A DNA stretch of 64,000 nt from Candidatus Latescibacterota bacterium. GTDB lineage: Bacteria; Latescibacterota; UBA2968; UBA8231. Positions within the stretch are counted from its first letter, which is position 1, and each line of letters starts with the position of its first letter. The stretch is from assembly GCA_965219385.1 (NCBI GenBank), contig CBDCNM010000002.1, forward strand, positions 2,660,936 through 2,724,935, given 5' to 3'. The notes under the pieces are model-generated. The model was not told the origin of the DNA and made no database searches. It saw only the letters and a list, made by a program, of their open reading frames with translations. A program made the position numbers and the translations under genes. Shown here one piece after another: positions 36,392 to 46,838 of this stretch.

Positions 36392-37690
36392 ATGTCCAAG
36401 AAGGAGAGTTATCCGATTCCAGACGGCTGGGAAGAGGAACGTGTCCAACGTCTCCTCCAGCATTACAAATCGCAAACGGAGGAAGAGGCCGTGGCGGAAG
36501 ATGAGGTGGTTTTGGTAGATGAGGAGCCAAAATTCCGTCTCGGTAAGCTATTTCGATCTCGCAAGGAGCCCGGTGTAGCGGGGTTGCCGGTCTTGTCAGT
36601 CACGATGAACGATGGACTCGTACAACGTGATACGCTCGACAGAAAGACCGATGGAAAGCTCGCGCCGAATGATCACCTGCTGATCCGCAAAGGAGACCTC
36701 GCCTACAACATGATGCGGATGTGGCAGGGGGCCTCGGGTCTGGCCAGACAGGATGGTATCGTCAGTCCTGCGTACGTCGTTGTTACTCCCAGCGACTCCA
36801 TTGATCCGACATTCGCTTCCTACTGGTTCAAGTCCGCTCGGATGATCCATCTGTTCTGGGCCTATTCTTACGGCATCACGGGGGACCGATTGCGCCTTTA
36901 CTACAAGGACTTTGCCAGGATTCCTGTTGCGGTCCCTTCCAAGAATGACCAGATACGAATCGGCAAAACGCTCGCAGCAGCCGACCGAGCAATTGCACAA
37001 ACTGAAAACCTCATAGATGCGAAACGAAGGCTCAAGGAGGGACTTGCTAAGTTATTGCTCACGGGCAAGCGCCGGTTACCGGATTGTAAGGTACAATGGT
37101 GTGAGCGAAGCATAAGTGACCTAGCGGAAGTAAACCCCAGAATGACGAAGCCACCATCTTTGGATACCCAGGTTTCGTTCGTTCCAATGGCGAACATCAG
37201 CGAAGGAGGTGGGTTAATTTCTCCTCCAGTCCGCCCTTATCGTGACGTGGCTTCAGGTTTCACTGCGTTTCAGGATGGTGATGTTCTTGTATCCAAGATA
37301 ACGCCGTGCTTCGAGAATCGGAAGGGGGCTTTGGCCCAAGAACTGTCTAACGGATACGGCTTCGGTACCACCGAGTTGCATGTTCTTCGAGCCAAGGCAT
37401 CCTGTAGTGCCAGATTCTTATTCTATGTGTCGATGTTCGAGGGATTTAGGGCTCGCGGTGTAGCGAACATGACGGGCTCAGCAGGGCAGCGTCGCGTTCC
37501 GACCGGTTTTATACGAAGCTACCGGCTACGAGTGCCTAGCCTACCAGAGCAAGAGCGTATCGCCACTGTAATCGGTGCCGTAGATCGCTCCTTGGAAATA
37601 TTAGAACAGAAGCTCGCTTCATTGCGTTACCTAAAGCACGGCCTGATGCAGAAACTACTGCCGAGTGAACCCCGCGTGGAAGCTAGCTGA
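36392..37690 (+). CDS. hsdS: Type I R-M specificity subunit with an atypical acidic N-terminal extension
   Basis: GIVSPAY, KITPCFEN, GSAGQRRV, PSLPEQERIA, LMQKLL. Confidence 0.9.
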   Translation: MSKKESYPIPDGWEEERVQRLLQHYKSQTEEEAVAEDEVVLVDEEPKFRLGKLFRSRKEPGVAGLPVLSVTMNDGLVQRDTLDRKTDGKLAPNDHLLIRKGDLAYNMMRMWQGASGLARQDGIVSPAYVVVTPSDSIDPTFASYWFKSARMIHLFWAYSYGITGDRLRLYYKDFARIPVAVPSKNDQIRIGKTLAAADRAIAQTENLIDAKRRLKEGLAKLLLTGKRRLPDCKVQWCERSISDLAEVNPRMTKPPSLDTQVSFVPMANISEGGGLISPPVRPYRDVASGFTAFQDGDVLVSKITPCFENRKGALAQELSNGYGFGTTELHVLRAKASCSARFLFYVSMFEGFRARGVANMTGSAGQRRVPTGFIRSYRLRVPSLPEQERIATVIGAVDRSLEILEQKLASLRYLKHGLMQKLLPSEPRVEAS

Positions 37691-37693
37691 ATC

Positions 37694-38656
37694 ATGTCGG
37701 AGAAAACAAGAGTAGCTCACTCGATCAGATCAGAACAGGACGTTGCCAAGCACGCCTTGGATGAGCTATTCAGCCTCACTTCTCAATATAAGACGAGCGA
37801 GGCATATAGAGATCTACTACAGTTCGTCGTGCGTTTTCGATCCTACTCTCCGTTTAACGCCATGCTGACCCATATACAAATGCCAGGGGCAAGCTTTGTC
37901 GCTCCACCACATCGGTGGCTCCGTGATTATGGAAGACGAATAAAGCCGGGTGCTCGCCCTCTGATTATCTTGCAGCCGATGGGTCCAGTCATGTTCGTTT
38001 TTGATGTAAGTGACACGGAGCCTACTGAAGACGCCCCAGAGCTGCCACCAGAGGTCGAAAAGCCGTTCGAGGTAACGGAAGGTAAAATTGGTCGCGGGCT
38101 TGAATTGGTAATTGACAATGCTAAACGTGACGGCATCCGAACCACTGAATCTAACTCAGGTTCTCAATCCGCAGGCTCCATACGCCCTCTCGCTATGGGT
38201 GTGCGCTGTTCACAGAAATTTCTAGTGAAAACTGGCAAGAAGCGAAATCCAGTGTTTATAGACGTCCCAGTCAAATACGATCTTGTAATCAACTCTAAAC
38301 TCAGCCGCGAAGCGTGGTATGCTACGGTTGTTCATGAACTGGCACACCTATATTGTGGCCACCTCGGCACACCTAATGAAAAATGGTGGCCTGACCGCCG
38401 CGGCTTGAGTGATGAGATCATGGAATTTGAAGCTGAATCTGTGACTTATATGGCCTGCCTGCGATCCGGTATCGCTAATCCTTCAAAAAAATACCTAGCA
38501 GGCTACGTAAAGGATAAGGAACAGATCCCGCCCATAAGCCTTGGGTGCGTGATGAAGTCAGTAGGGCTTATTGAATCCATGAGTAAGCAGAGAATGAAGC
38601 CACGAGAACCATTGAAACAGGAAGGCGAAGTACAACAGGCCCTTTTGTCCCTTTAA
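37694..38656 (+). CDS. ArdC-like ssDNA-binding domain plus HExxH metallopeptidase
   Basis: YSPFNAML..Q.PGA..VA...W...GR.IKPGA N-domain; HELAH; EFEAESV. Confidence 0.7.
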   Translation: MSEKTRVAHSIRSEQDVAKHALDELFSLTSQYKTSEAYRDLLQFVVRFRSYSPFNAMLTHIQMPGASFVAPPHRWLRDYGRRIKPGARPLIILQPMGPVMFVFDVSDTEPTEDAPELPPEVEKPFEVTEGKIGRGLELVIDNAKRDGIRTTESNSGSQSAGSIRPLAMGVRCSQKFLVKTGKKRNPVFIDVPVKYDLVINSKLSREAWYATVVHELAHLYCGHLGTPNEKWWPDRRGLSDEIMEFEAESVTYMACLRSGIANPSKKYLAGYVKDKEQIPPISLGCVMKSVGLIESMSKQRMKPREPLKQEGEVQQALLSL

Positions 38657-38696
38657 GGCTATGACAGTATAGTGTTTGCCATGAGGCCGATGAAAT

Positions 38697-38908
38697 ATGG
38701 ATTCTGAACTCATTCAATCACCGTCGTCGCAGGAACGCGCATTACCGTTGAGTTTATTCTGGAGAAACTCTCCGCAGGTGAGACAGTGGATCAAATCCTT
38801 GAGGCTCATCCCCGTTTGACTAGGGAAGGTGTTCTGGCAGCCTTGGATTTCGCCGCTCAAGCTCTGCGTGCTGATGTCGTTTATCCAACTGTTGAGCAGA
38901 CCACCTAA
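38697..38908 (+). pseudogene. DUF433 family protein with a frameshifting deletion near the 5' end
   Basis: MDSELIQS| then in another frame VVAGTRITVEFILEKLSAGETVDQILEAHPRLTREGV; the usual GKP segment is missing. Confidence 0.7.
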
Positions 38909-38959
38909 ACCAAACTTTCAACCGCCAACATCTGAAATGCACTAACCAAGGACCCAACA

Positions 38960-39752
38960 ATGCCTGATCAGCTACCACCAAGGAGATTTCATCTGAGAGA
39001 CATACTGTCTGCAGCAATAACTCTTACGCCGATATTGATCATCAGTTTCACTCTTTGGTTCCCCAAACAGACATTTCCAGCGAGCGATCTCAAATGGATT
39101 CTTGGTGTCTGCCTGTTATTCAGTCTTTTAGGATTTGTCGCCAACAGGTTGATCTCGATAAAGTTCCTTGGTGGAGAGGCACAACTCGCCGAAATGAAGA
39201 CTGCGAGGGATGAGGCCGCTGCATCAGTGGACGAGATGAAAGAGCTAAAGAAAAACCTGCAAAATGCGGCCACGACATTAGCGCGTCAGCAAGCCTTGTC
39301 AGTCATGAAGCTTAACCGAGTTGTAGGAGACGATTTTCTGACGGAGAGGATTCGGGTAGTTGCCGAACTGAAGGGGACTCTTGATGAACTCGGCGTACCT
39401 GATAGCAAGGTCGAGGGCATGTTGGATGCTGTGGCACCGTACGTCCATAGCGATCTGAACCGTGATGCATTTTCCGCAGTAGCATACGCTTATAACAAAA
39501 GCCCAAAGACACTCACATCTGCTGGTCCCGACCTACGTTACATAAGAGACAGAATTATATGATAAGTTCCTCAACGAATATATAGTAGGCGAAACGACCG
39601 GACAGGTCGAGGATTTCCTTACGAAGTACGGAATCGAGGTGACTGACGCCATCCGTACAGCATTCAGTCGACTTGATGCTTTCCTCAGCGAAGGCCGCTA
39701 TCTTGACTTAGATGGAAATGCTGTTATTACCTTTCCAAATCCTCGGGCTTAA
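38960..39752 (+). pseudogene. Two-TM plus coiled-coil hypothetical protein, apparently frameshifted near 39545
   Basis: ORF stops at 39562, but an overlapping frame continues TELYDKFLNEY...FPNPRA* to 39752. Confidence 0.5.
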
Positions 39753-39779
39753 GTTATGTGGGTTGCAAAGGAGCGCCGT

Positions 39780-40109
39780 ATGCTACACGATGTTGTTTCA
39801 GCTATCTATCGAGGTGACCACCTCATCGAGATAGAGTTCGATGAGGGCCGGCGCGGAACCGTTGATTTCGCAAAGTATTTGGAGAGGCGAGGTGTATTTG
39901 AGCGATTCAGGGATCTTGAGTTCTTCCGGAGCTTCGCTATCAACGAGGAGCTTGGGATTCTGACGTGGGGCAACGAGATCGACATAGCACCGGAGACCTT
40001 GTATGCGGAGGCTACAGGGACCCCTCTTCCTGTATGGATGAATCCAGAGAAAGAGCCTCAGCCGAACAAGGATTTGCATACGGATTCGCCGCTAAGCAGC
40101 CGAACCTAA
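39780..40109 (+). CDS. DUF2442 family protein (orphan antitoxin-like)
   Basis: IEIEFDEG..GTVDF...GVFERFRD..FF...LTWGNEIDIAPETLY; AAGGAG RBS. Confidence 0.8.
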   Translation: MLHDVVSAIYRGDHLIEIEFDEGRRGTVDFAKYLERRGVFERFRDLEFFRSFAINEELGILTWGNEIDIAPETLYAEATGTPLPVWMNPEKEPQPNKDLHTDSPLSSRT

Positions 40110-40121
40110 TCGAGGTGCCTG

Positions 40122-43100
40122 ATGGCCCTACCCTCCTTCCAGGAAAAGCTCATCTCCCAGCTTCCCGCGGTAAAGCTCCTGCAGAACCTCGGCTACGAGT
40201 ACCTCAGCCCCGAAGAAGCGGTCGAAGCCCGCGGCGGCCGGCTGGGCAGCGTGCTCCTCGACAGGATACTGGCGGAGCAACTGCGCAGGCAGAACGTCAT
40301 CCGCTTCAGGGGCCGCGAGTACCCCTTCAGCGAGGGCAATATCCTGGCGGCGGTTCAGGCCCTGAAGGACATGGTGGACGACGGCCTGCTGCCGACCAAC
40401 GAGAAAGTCTACGACCTGCTGCGTCTGGGCAGGAGCATGCAGCAGTCGATCGAGGGAGACACCAGGAGCTTTCAGCTCGACTACATCGACTGGGAACATC
40501 CCGAGAACAACACATTCCACGTGACCAAGGAGTTCGTGGTCGAACGCAGCGGCAGCCACGAGACTCGCCGGCCCGACATCGTGCTCTTCGTCAACGGGAT
40601 TCCGCTGGTGGTCATCGAGTGCAAGCGGCCGGACATGAAGGACCCGATTGGTCAGGCCATCAGCCAGCATATCCGCAACCAGCAACAGGATGAGATCCCT
40701 CGGCTTTTTTACTACGCGCAGCTCCTCATCGCCGTCTCGAAGAACGAGGCCAAGTACGCCACCGTGGGCACGCCCGCCAGGTTCTGGTCGGTGTGGAAGG
40801 AAGAGTTCAGCGAGAGCGATGCGGCCGACCTGAAGAAGAGGGTGCGTCTTCCGCTGAGCGAGAGCCAGATCGACAGGATCCTTGCTTCCGGGGAGGCCTG
40901 GGGCCGGGAGCGGGCGAGCTATGGGAGCCTGGAACGACAGGTGACGCCACAGGACCGGGCGCTCTACGCCCTGTGCCGCAGGGAGCGGCTCCTCGAATTG
41001 ATCTCCCGTTTCATGCTCTTCGACGGAGGAGAGAAAAAGGTCGCCCGCCATCAGCAGTACTTCTGCGTCAACAAGATCCTCGAGCGGATACGGGTACCCG
41101 GACGCGGCAGAACGCACCAGGGCGGCGTGGTCTGGCACACCCAGGGCAGCGGCAAGAGCCTGACCATGGTGATGCTGGCCGAGGCCCTCGCCCTCGAACG
41201 CAACATTGATGACTTCAAGATCATCCTGGTGACCGATCGCGTCGATCTCGACGACCAGATCTACAAGACCTTCCACCACTGCGGCACCGAGCCCGTCCAG
41301 GCGAAGACCGGCAAGCATCTGGAGCAACTGCTCCGGGACAACAAGGCACGGATCATCACCACGGTAATCGACAAGTTTGAGCTCGCGGTCGGCAAAGCCG
41401 GCGTGCGCAACGAACATCCGGATATCTTCGTCCTCGTCGACGAGAGCCACCGGGGCCAGTTCGGCGAGCTGCACGCCAAGATGAAACAGGCGCTGCCCAA
41501 CGCCTGCTTCATCGGCTTCACCGGCACGCCCGTAATGAAGAGGGACCGGAGCACGATCGAGCGCTTCGGCGGCCTGATCGACGCCTATACCCTGGAGCAG
41601 GCCGTGCAGGACAAGGCCGTGGTACCGCTGCTCTACGAAGGGAGACACGTCGATCAAAAGGTCGACACCGAGGCGGTGGACGACTGGTTCGAACGCATCA
41701 CGGCCCCTCTGTCTACAGAGCAGCAGGGTGACCTGAAGAGGAAGTTCTCGTCGAGCGACCAGTTGAATAAGGCCGAGCAGAAGATCATGCGAATCGCCTG
41801 GGACGTGAGCGAGCACTTCCGCGACAACTGGCACAATACGCCCTACAAGGCCCAGCTCGTCGCCCAGGACAAGGCCACGGCCCTGCTCTACAAGCGCTTC
41901 CTCGACGAGTTCGACATGGTTACCAGCGAGGTACTGATCTCGGGACCCGACGACCGAGAGGGCGAAGAGGATGTCCACGAAGAGTCCAGGGACGTGGTCA
42001 AGGCTTTCTGGAAGAAGGTGATGGCGAAATACGGCAGTGAGAAAGAATACAACCGCCAGATCATCAGCGCCTTCAAGCACGCCGAGGAACCCGAAATCAT
42101 CATCGTCGTCGACAAGCTGCTCACCGGCTTCGATGAGCCGCGCAACACCGTGCTCTACCTCACAAGGCAGCTGAAGAGCCATTCCCTTTTGCAGGCCATC
42201 GCACGGGTCAACCGCCTGTATGACGGCAAGGACTTCGGTTACATCATCGACTATCGGGGCGTCTTGCAGAACCTCGATGAAGCGTTCGACCTCTACGGCC
42301 AACTCGCCGAATTCGAAAGCGAGGGAATCGACGACTTGGCAAGAGCGATAACTGATGTGAGTTCCGAGTCCCGAAAGCTGCGGCAGCGCCATTCGGACCT
42401 GTGGGATCTGTTCAAGACCATCCGGAACAGGCAAGACGAGGAAGCATACGAGCAGCTCCTGGCGGACGAGGGGCTGCGCGACCGCTTCTACGAACGCTTG
42501 AGCGCTTTCTCGCGGACGCTTGCAATTGCGCTCTCCAGCGCCAGCTTCCTCGATGCGACACCGGAAAAGAGGATCGCCACCTACAAGGCCGATCTTCGCT
42601 TCTTCATGCGCCTGCGCAACTCGGTGCGCCGGCGCTACGCCGAGGTCGTTGATTTCAAGGAGTACGAGCCGCGCATTCAAAAGCTGGTCGATCAGCACGT
42701 CGGCACGGGAGAGGTGGAGCGGATCACGGAGTTGGTGAACATATTCGATGCCGGTGCCTTCGCCAGGGAGGTCGACAAGCTCGCCAGCGCGGCGTCCAAG
42801 GCCGACACCATCGCCTTTCGCACCAAGCGCACGATTCACGATCTCATGCAGGAGGACCCGGCCTTCTATCGCCGGTTCTCGGAGCTTCTCGAAGAGGCAA
42901 TCCGGGCCTTTCGGGAGCAGCGGCTTTCCGACGCGGAATACCTGGGGAAGGTGGCGAAAATCGCCGAGCGCGTGCGCAACCGCACGGGAGACGACATTCC
43001 CGGGGAGCTGGCTCACCGGGACGTGGCCAAGGCGTTCTTCGGCGTGCTCCAGGAGGCGTTCGCGGCCCACAGCAACCATGCGGTCGATGCTCGTGCCATC

Positions 43101-43313
43101 AGCACTACGGCCGGTCTGGCTATCGACGACATCGTGCAGGCGCATCGCATTGTCCACTGGACCCGCAACCCCGACGTCCAGAACCGGATGAAGGGGGCGA
43201 TCGAGGATTACTTGTTCGAGATTATGGAACAGGAAAAGCTCGAGCTGAGCTTCGAGGCGATTGATCGCATTTTGGAGTCGGTGCTGGATATCGCTCGGGT
43301 GCGGTATGCCTGA
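40122..43313 (+). CDS. hsdR: Type I R-M restriction subunit
   Basis: RRPDIVLFVNGIPLVVIECK; WHTQGSGKS; DESH; QAIARVNR. Confidence 0.95.
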   Translation: MALPSFQEKLISQLPAVKLLQNLGYEYLSPEEAVEARGGRLGSVLLDRILAEQLRRQNVIRFRGREYPFSEGNILAAVQALKDMVDDGLLPTNEKVYDLLRLGRSMQQSIEGDTRSFQLDYIDWEHPENNTFHVTKEFVVERSGSHETRRPDIVLFVNGIPLVVIECKRPDMKDPIGQAISQHIRNQQQDEIPRLFYYAQLLIAVSKNEAKYATVGTPARFWSVWKEEFSESDAADLKKRVRLPLSESQIDRILASGEAWGRERASYGSLERQVTPQDRALYALCRRERLLELISRFMLFDGGEKKVARHQQYFCVNKILERIRVPGRGRTHQGGVVWHTQGSGKSLTMVMLAEALALERNIDDFKIILVTDRVDLDDQIYKTFHHCGTEPVQAKTGKHLEQLLRDNKARIITTVIDKFELAVGKAGVRNEHPDIFVLVDESHRGQFGELHAKMKQALPNACFIGFTGTPVMKRDRSTIERFGGLIDAYTLEQAVQDKAVVPLLYEGRHVDQKVDTEAVDDWFERITAPLSTEQQGDLKRKFSSSDQLNKAEQKIMRIAWDVSEHFRDNWHNTPYKAQLVAQDKATALLYKRFLDEFDMVTSEVLISGPDDREGEEDVHEESRDVVKAFWKKVMAKYGSEKEYNRQIISAFKHAEEPEIIIVVDKLLTGFDEPRNTVLYLTRQLKSHSLLQAIARVNRLYDGKDFGYIIDYRGVLQNLDEAFDLYGQLAEFESEGIDDLARAITDVSSESRKLRQRHSDLWDLFKTIRNRQDEEAYEQLLADEGLRDRFYERLSAFSRTLAIALSSASFLDATPEKRIATYKADLRFFMRLRNSVRRRYAEVVDFKEYEPRIQKLVDQHVGTGEVERITELVNIFDAGAFAREVDKLASAASKADTIAFRTKRTIHDLMQEDPAFYRRFSELLEEAIRAFREQRLSDAEYLGKVAKIAERVRNRTGDDIPGELAHRDVAKAFFGVLQEAFAAHSNHAVDARAISTTAGLAIDDIVQAHRIVHWTRNPDVQNRMKGAIEDYLFEIMEQEKLELSFEAIDRILESVLDIARVRYA

Positions 43314-43399
43314 TGTTCGACAGATGGGCGGTCGCACAAATGAGGGATCACGGCCGGCAGGCGGTTTGCGCTTATTTGACACGCAGGGAAAGGAAAGGC

Positions 43400-43879
<480 letters not shown>

Positions 43880-43946
43880 CGCGCTGAGAGCGACGGGTTG
43901 TCTTCAAGCCCGTCGATGCACTGAACCTGAATTTTGGAGAAACCTC

Positions 43947-45763
43947 ATGACGAACACATGCTGTAGTGTCCTAATTGCCATACTCATGGCGTCGGGCGCT
44001 TGTCTGGCTCAGAGCCAGCCGCAGGTCGCGACCATCACCGGCGAAATCCGGGAGCCAGCCTTGCGCGAAATCGCATTTAGCTACCAGCCGCCGTCGGCGC
44101 TGGGCAGCTCCGAGCAGCGCGTCGTGCTCGACAGCCTGAACCACTTTACCCTCACGCTACCTGTCACCCGAGGGACCCCCGTCAGGGGGCATTACGGTGG
44201 CGGGCAACGCGGATGGAAGTGGGTGCGGTGGATAGGGTCCCCCCTCTTCGGGCGTCCCAGTCCCCTGGTCCTCTTCGTCGAACCCGGGGACAGTCTGCAC
44301 GTCGCCATAGATCCGGGCTATTTCTCCCCTTCCTTCCGGTTCAGTGGCCCCAACGCGGACAACAGCCGCTTCTTTGCCGAGTGGCTCCCGCGCTTGCTCT
44401 CCTTCCGCCTCGACTACGAGGATCTGAAGGTGGAGGACTTTTCTCGCCAGGTGGACCAGTGGCGGCGGGATCAGTTCGCATTCCTGGCCGAAGGGCGCGA
44501 GAAATACGCGCTCTCTCCAGGGTTCATCGACTATGCGACGGCCTACTTCAACTACGAGTGGGCCAAACTCATGATCTCCTACCCGAGAGAGTACAACTAT
44601 GCCAACGGCCACCAGAACAGAGCTATCGCCCCGGAGTACTACGACTTTCTCCAGGAAATCCCCCTGGTCGACGAAAAGGCCATGCGCGCGCCCCCTTATC
44701 TCATCTTTCTGGAGCGGACCCTGGGCTGGGAGTTGAACGAGGCGTCCAGACCATCCAGGCGGCCCAGTGGAGCTATCGGCCGGCCGCCCAGAGATCGCGC
44801 GGGGAGTTGGACGAGGTGCCCAGACCACCTAGGCCTAGGCTGCCCAAGGTGTCCGAAAAAATATACATGTCGGGTTTGGCGCTGTCGGAGGGGACCGAGG
44901 CCCAACTCGACTCCCTGTACGAAAAGGACGGCCGACGGCCCAGGCTGTCGAAAATGGTCAATCTGTCAGCGGTTGGTTTGTTGCAAGCGGCCCAGGCCCA
45001 ACTCGACTCCCTCTACGAACATCGTCAACCGCTCAGGCTGTCCGAGAAGATTGATCTATCGGGCTTGGGTCTATCGGAGGTCACCCAGGCCCAACTCGAT
45101 TCGATATATGCTAAAAGACGCTGGTCAGTCTGGCATTTTCCGAGAAGATACGATCTGGCTAAAGAAAAACTGGAGGGGAGAGTGCTCTACTGGTATCTGG
45201 CCGGAGAGGTGATCAATGGGTTTGAGCGCGGCAGCGAAGCGTTTGCGGTAGCCCAGCGCAAGTGGGAAGATTTCCAGCAGATCAACCCGCACCCGGAATA
45301 CACCGAGGCCGTCCAGGCCGCCCTGGATGAGGCCCTGAAGCTGCAACTTGGGCAACCGGCCCCCGCTTTCACCCTCCACGACCTCGACGGCCAGCCGGTT
45401 TCGCTGAGCCAGTTCAAGGGCCAGGTGGTCCTGCTCGATTTCTGGGCCAGTTGGTGCGGGCCGTGTATCACCGATCTGCCCGCTCTCCGCAAAATCAAGG
45501 AAAAAACGGCCGCTCAGCCGGTCGTCTTCCTCAACCTGTCGCTGGACGGGGACGAGGCCGCCTGGAGAAAAGCGATTGACCAGCACCAGATCAAAGGCGT
45601 ACACCTGCGTTCCGCCGGCTGGGGCTCGGAGGTGGCCAAGGCCTACCAGGTGAGCGCCTTGCCTTCGTATTACCTGGTCGACTCACAAGGGCTGATCGTG
45701 GAGCGTCTGTCTGGAGTAATGGATACAGACGAGATTATAGCAATGATCGAGGAGAGCTTGTGA
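43947..45763 (+). pseudogene. Exported TlpA/thioredoxin-like disulfide reductase split by a frameshift at about 44730-44835
   Basis: Signal peptide MTNTCCSVLIAIL...AQSQ; C-terminal LDFWASWCGPC lies in a different frame; three ~32-aa AQLDSxY repeats. Confidence 0.75.
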
Positions 45764-45943
45764 AGGAGAGGACGGCAATCCGGGGAGGATGACACGTCAC
45801 CACTAGACCGGTTGTGCACCCCGTGATCTCTCCGACCACGCTTCGTTGGCGTCGATCATCAGGTCCCCTTCGGCCCTCACTCGTACAGTTCGACCGCCGT
45901 CTCTCCCCGGGCGAAACGCTGCGCCGTCTGCACCACCGATGCT

Positions 45944-46132
45944 CTACGCGGCATTGGTTTTCACCTGTTGCGGCGCGCGGTGGCGTTTGCGTGCATGGGG
46001 GGTCTCGATGCCGTACTGCCGGCAGAGCCTTCCAAAGCTTTCAGGGGCTATCCCCAGGGCCTGGCTCGCCTCTTTGTTGCTGGCATAGATCCGGGCCACT
46101 CGCTCGACGCGCTCTCTGGAGGTCTTTTCCAT
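45944..46132 (-). CDS. Small HTH DNA-binding protein (Cro/Fis-like)
   Basis: SNKEASQALGIAPESFGRLCRQYGI helix-turn-helix pattern; AAGGAG RBS. Confidence 0.7.
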   Translation of the reverse strand: MEKTSRERVERVARIYASNKEASQALGIAPESFGRLCRQYGIETPHARKRHRAPQQVKTNAA

Positions 46133-46268
46133 GCCTCGCTCCTTTGGGTCAGGTAAAGGAATGGTTCTCTATAACAAACTAATAAATCTCAATATATGCT
46201 TTTGGATACGGTATGACAATGGTTTTCTTTAGCAAACCACAAAAATTTTAAGTTTGCATTTGGATAAG

Positions 46269-46296
46269 TTTCTGTATATTTTTTTCTGTATATTTT
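46269..46296. repeat. Perfect tandem 14-bp repeat in the AT-rich divergent promoter region
   Basis: TTTCTGTATATTTT twice. Confidence 0.7.
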
Positions 46297-46424
46297 CAGT
46301 ACTTCACGAAATACCGTAAATATTTGGCCTTCAAGGCCGGGAGGGGATAGTCGGCCAAATCAGACTGCCATGCATCCGTTGAACCGAGGGTGCAGGGCCG
46401 AAAAATCAGAGAGGATGAAAGCCG

Positions 46425-46838
46425 ATGGAAATTGGTTCTAACATAAAAAAATACAGGGAAATAAGGGGAATTACTCTGCCCCATCTGGCCCACAAAGCCG
46501 GGGTGTCCAAGGCCTTTCTATGGGAGATCGAAACCGGCAACAGCAAGCGACCAGGGGCCGAGATTCTGTTCAAGATTGCCGAGGCCCTGGGGGTGACGAT
46601 CGCTCACCTGATGGGCAAACAACCGGTCAAAGAGGCCCAGGACATGATCGAGCCGGAGATCAACGATGGCCTCCGGGCGTTCATCAACGAAAGCAAGCGC
46701 CAGGGACATCCACTCGACCCGGAGGAGATCAAATCCCTGTCTTTCGTGCAATTGAAAGGAGGCCGGCCTACCACCAAGGAACAGTGGGCCCTGGTCTATG
46801 GTATGCTGAGAGAAATGACCGGGGTCCGGGATGGTTGA
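46425..46838 (+). CDS. XRE-family HTH repressor (ImmR/CapH-like)
   Basis: IGSNIKKYREIRGITLPHLAHKAGVSKAFLWEIETG...IAEALGV. Confidence 0.9.
   Translation: MEIGSNIKKYREIRGITLPHLAHKAGVSKAFLWEIETGNSKRPGAEILFKIAEALGVTIAHLMGKQPVKEAQDMIEPEINDGLRAFINESKRQGHPLDPEEIKSLSFVQLKGGRPTTKEQWALVYGMLREMTGVRDG

Noticed and set aside
40128..43382. 1084-aa ORF antisense to hsdR (likewise 16783-18780, 19349-21148 and 49470-51134)
   Set aside because: Shadow ORFs of GC-rich genes with strong codon bias; no recognisable motifs.
46269..46300. E. coli-type LexA box
   Set aside because: The spacing is CTG-N8-CAG, not CTG-N10-CAG; kept only as a tandem repeat.
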